Origin: Vicugna vicugna
Lineage: Eukaryota
Reading direction: 5' to 3'
Assembly (NCBI GenBank): GCA_013265495.1
Contig: MU058781.1
Coordinates: 10,955,009 to 11,019,008 of the forward strand
Length of the DNA stretch: 64,000 nt
Below are positions 62,735-64,000 of this stretch, in pieces; positions within the stretch are counted from its first letter, which is position 1; the number at the start of each line of letters is the position of its first letter. The notes under the pieces are model-generated. The model was not told the origin of the DNA. It made no database searches and saw nothing but the letters and a program-made list of their open reading frames with translations. The position numbers and the translations under genes are program-made.

Positions 62735-63005
62735 TTTTGTGAGAGCCTATTAAGTCATAGCGATTGATGCTTTAGATACCTACAACATCTCATTCATTCT
62801 CCCCACAACCTTTTGTGGTACGAATTTTTAGTCCCATATTATGATAGAGAAAATTGTGGTATTAATTTTTAGTCCCATTTTATGATAGAGAAAATTGAGG
62901 CTCAGAGAGATTAAATAATTTTTCTGGGGTCACACAGCAAAGCAGTAGCAAAGTGGGAGTGAAATGAAGGCCTGTGACTACCCACACTCTTTTCTTTCAA
63001 CTCTA
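62735..63005 (-). mobile_element. MIR SINE carrying an internal 41-bp tandem duplication
   Basis: ATCTCATTCATTCTCCCCACAACC...AAATTGAGGCTCAGAGAGATTAAATAA...GGTCACACAGC. Confidence 0.82.
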
Positions 63006-63009
63006 TGTC

Positions 63010-63645
63010 AATTACCAATAGCTATAGTCACTTCATAAGCATTCAAAGATACTCCACAATGAGCCCTCCTCTTGACCACCATATATTTCTTATCATTGCA
63101 TGTCTTTCATTGAGTCATCTGGCCCATTATCCCTTCTTCTCCGTAGTCTATCAGTATCTTTAGCACAAATCCTTCCTAGCTGGACCAGTTTCAGACTTTT
63201 GTTCAGCTGCACACTTCAGTCCTACAAATTTGCTTCCAATTCTTCAACTGCATCCACCTTGGCATTCATCTGAGTAAACCCTCAACCTGGAGGCCATTAG
63301 CAAGCAATGAACAAAGCCAAGGAAACAAGAGGATTGTTTGCACTTAAAGCAACGCTAATCAACCTCAGTTTAGTTTTCATCATTCCTTGGTAAGCCTTTA
63401 ACACATCTTAATTTGATCCTCGGTCACAGTCCTCAAACTCTATTTCAAGAATTTTGCCCTCAAACTCCTAGCCACAGTCCCTCATATCTGTACCTCAACA
63501 ATAAATTCGCATTCCATTTTTACCAGTGATTGAAGCCCTTTAATGTGAAATGCACAGCTTTCCCCTCTCCATCTCAATCAATTTTGTTTCTTTCTTCCAC
63601 CTTAGGGGGAGAAAAATGATTTGTCTCAGAATCTCTACCACCATG
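63010..63645 (+). mobile_element. L2 internal fragment
   Basis: Pyrimidine-rich body with L2-like motifs (CCTCTTGACCACCA, CATTCCATTTTACCAGTGATTGAAGCC). Strongly diverged. Confidence 0.45.
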
Positions 63646-63649
63646 TATC

Positions 63650-64000
63650 ACCTTTCAACAAATTAAATGACACAAGAAGAAAATAATCAGTCAAATCCAG
63701 AATATGAGACATTCTACAATATAAATGGCTCAGGTTTTTTCCAACAAATAAATGGCATGGGAGAAAAGGATTGTGGGGGAAAGACTGTTAGAGATTTAAA
63801 AGAAATAATTACCAAATGCAATGAATAGACCTTATATTGATGTCAGTGCAAACAAGGTATATGTAAAAAGACATTTGGAGACAACCAAGGACAATTAAAT
63901 ATGGGGTGGGTATTAGATGATAGCAAAAAATTCATGTGCATTTTTTAGGTCTGATAATAGTGTTATGGTTATGAAAACAAAGGTCCTTATTAATTTAGAG
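63650..64000 (+). mobile_element. L1MC-type 3' UTR, running off the window end
   Basis: AATCAGTCAAATCCAGAATATGAGACATTCTACA...ACCAAATGCAATG...GGTATTAGATGAT, homologous to 31140-31420. Confidence 0.8.

Noticed and set aside
1..64000. CRISPR array, operon, retron-like or other prokaryote-type system; remaining short ORFs as genes; a symbol for the host gene
   Set aside because: The DNA is mammalian and repeat-rich with no repeat-spacer arrays, and the only recognisable RT-coding sequence is LINE-derived. The short ORFs look random, and I do not recognise the exon peptide well enough to name a gene.

Overview
This is AT-rich, CpG-poor mammalian genomic DNA, almost certainly camelid: two tRNA-derived SINEs match my recollection of the camelid vic-1 family. 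Much of the window is transposon debris. It holds three young 5'-truncated L1s on the + strand (1260-3999, 26044-26355, 43252-44277), a 4.3-kb L1MA-type element on the - strand, and older L1M/HAL1, L2, MIR, ERV-LTR and hAT/Tigger MITE remnants, with several nested insertions dated by target-site duplications (TSDs). No complete gene is present. The best host-gene evidence is one 52-nt exon-like segment on the - strand (50645-50696; xLDSLQKVMKFGVLDPS), so the window is probably mostly intron of a large - strand gene that I cannot name. The longest ORFs in the track are L1 ORF2 fragments or their antisense shadows. I found no support for a new multi-gene system. The most notable signals are a perfect 21-bp inverted repeat that has replaced part of an old L1 ORF2 (a template-switch, pre-miRNA-sized hairpin), an L1 inserted without a TSD at the axis of a near-palindrome, a TSD-like scar around a T-run, a divergent pair of CTCF-like motifs, and several cryptic-exon and regulatory candidates. 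Repeat family names come from memory of consensus sequences, boundaries of old repeats are approximate, and both need RepeatMasker/Dfam confirmation.
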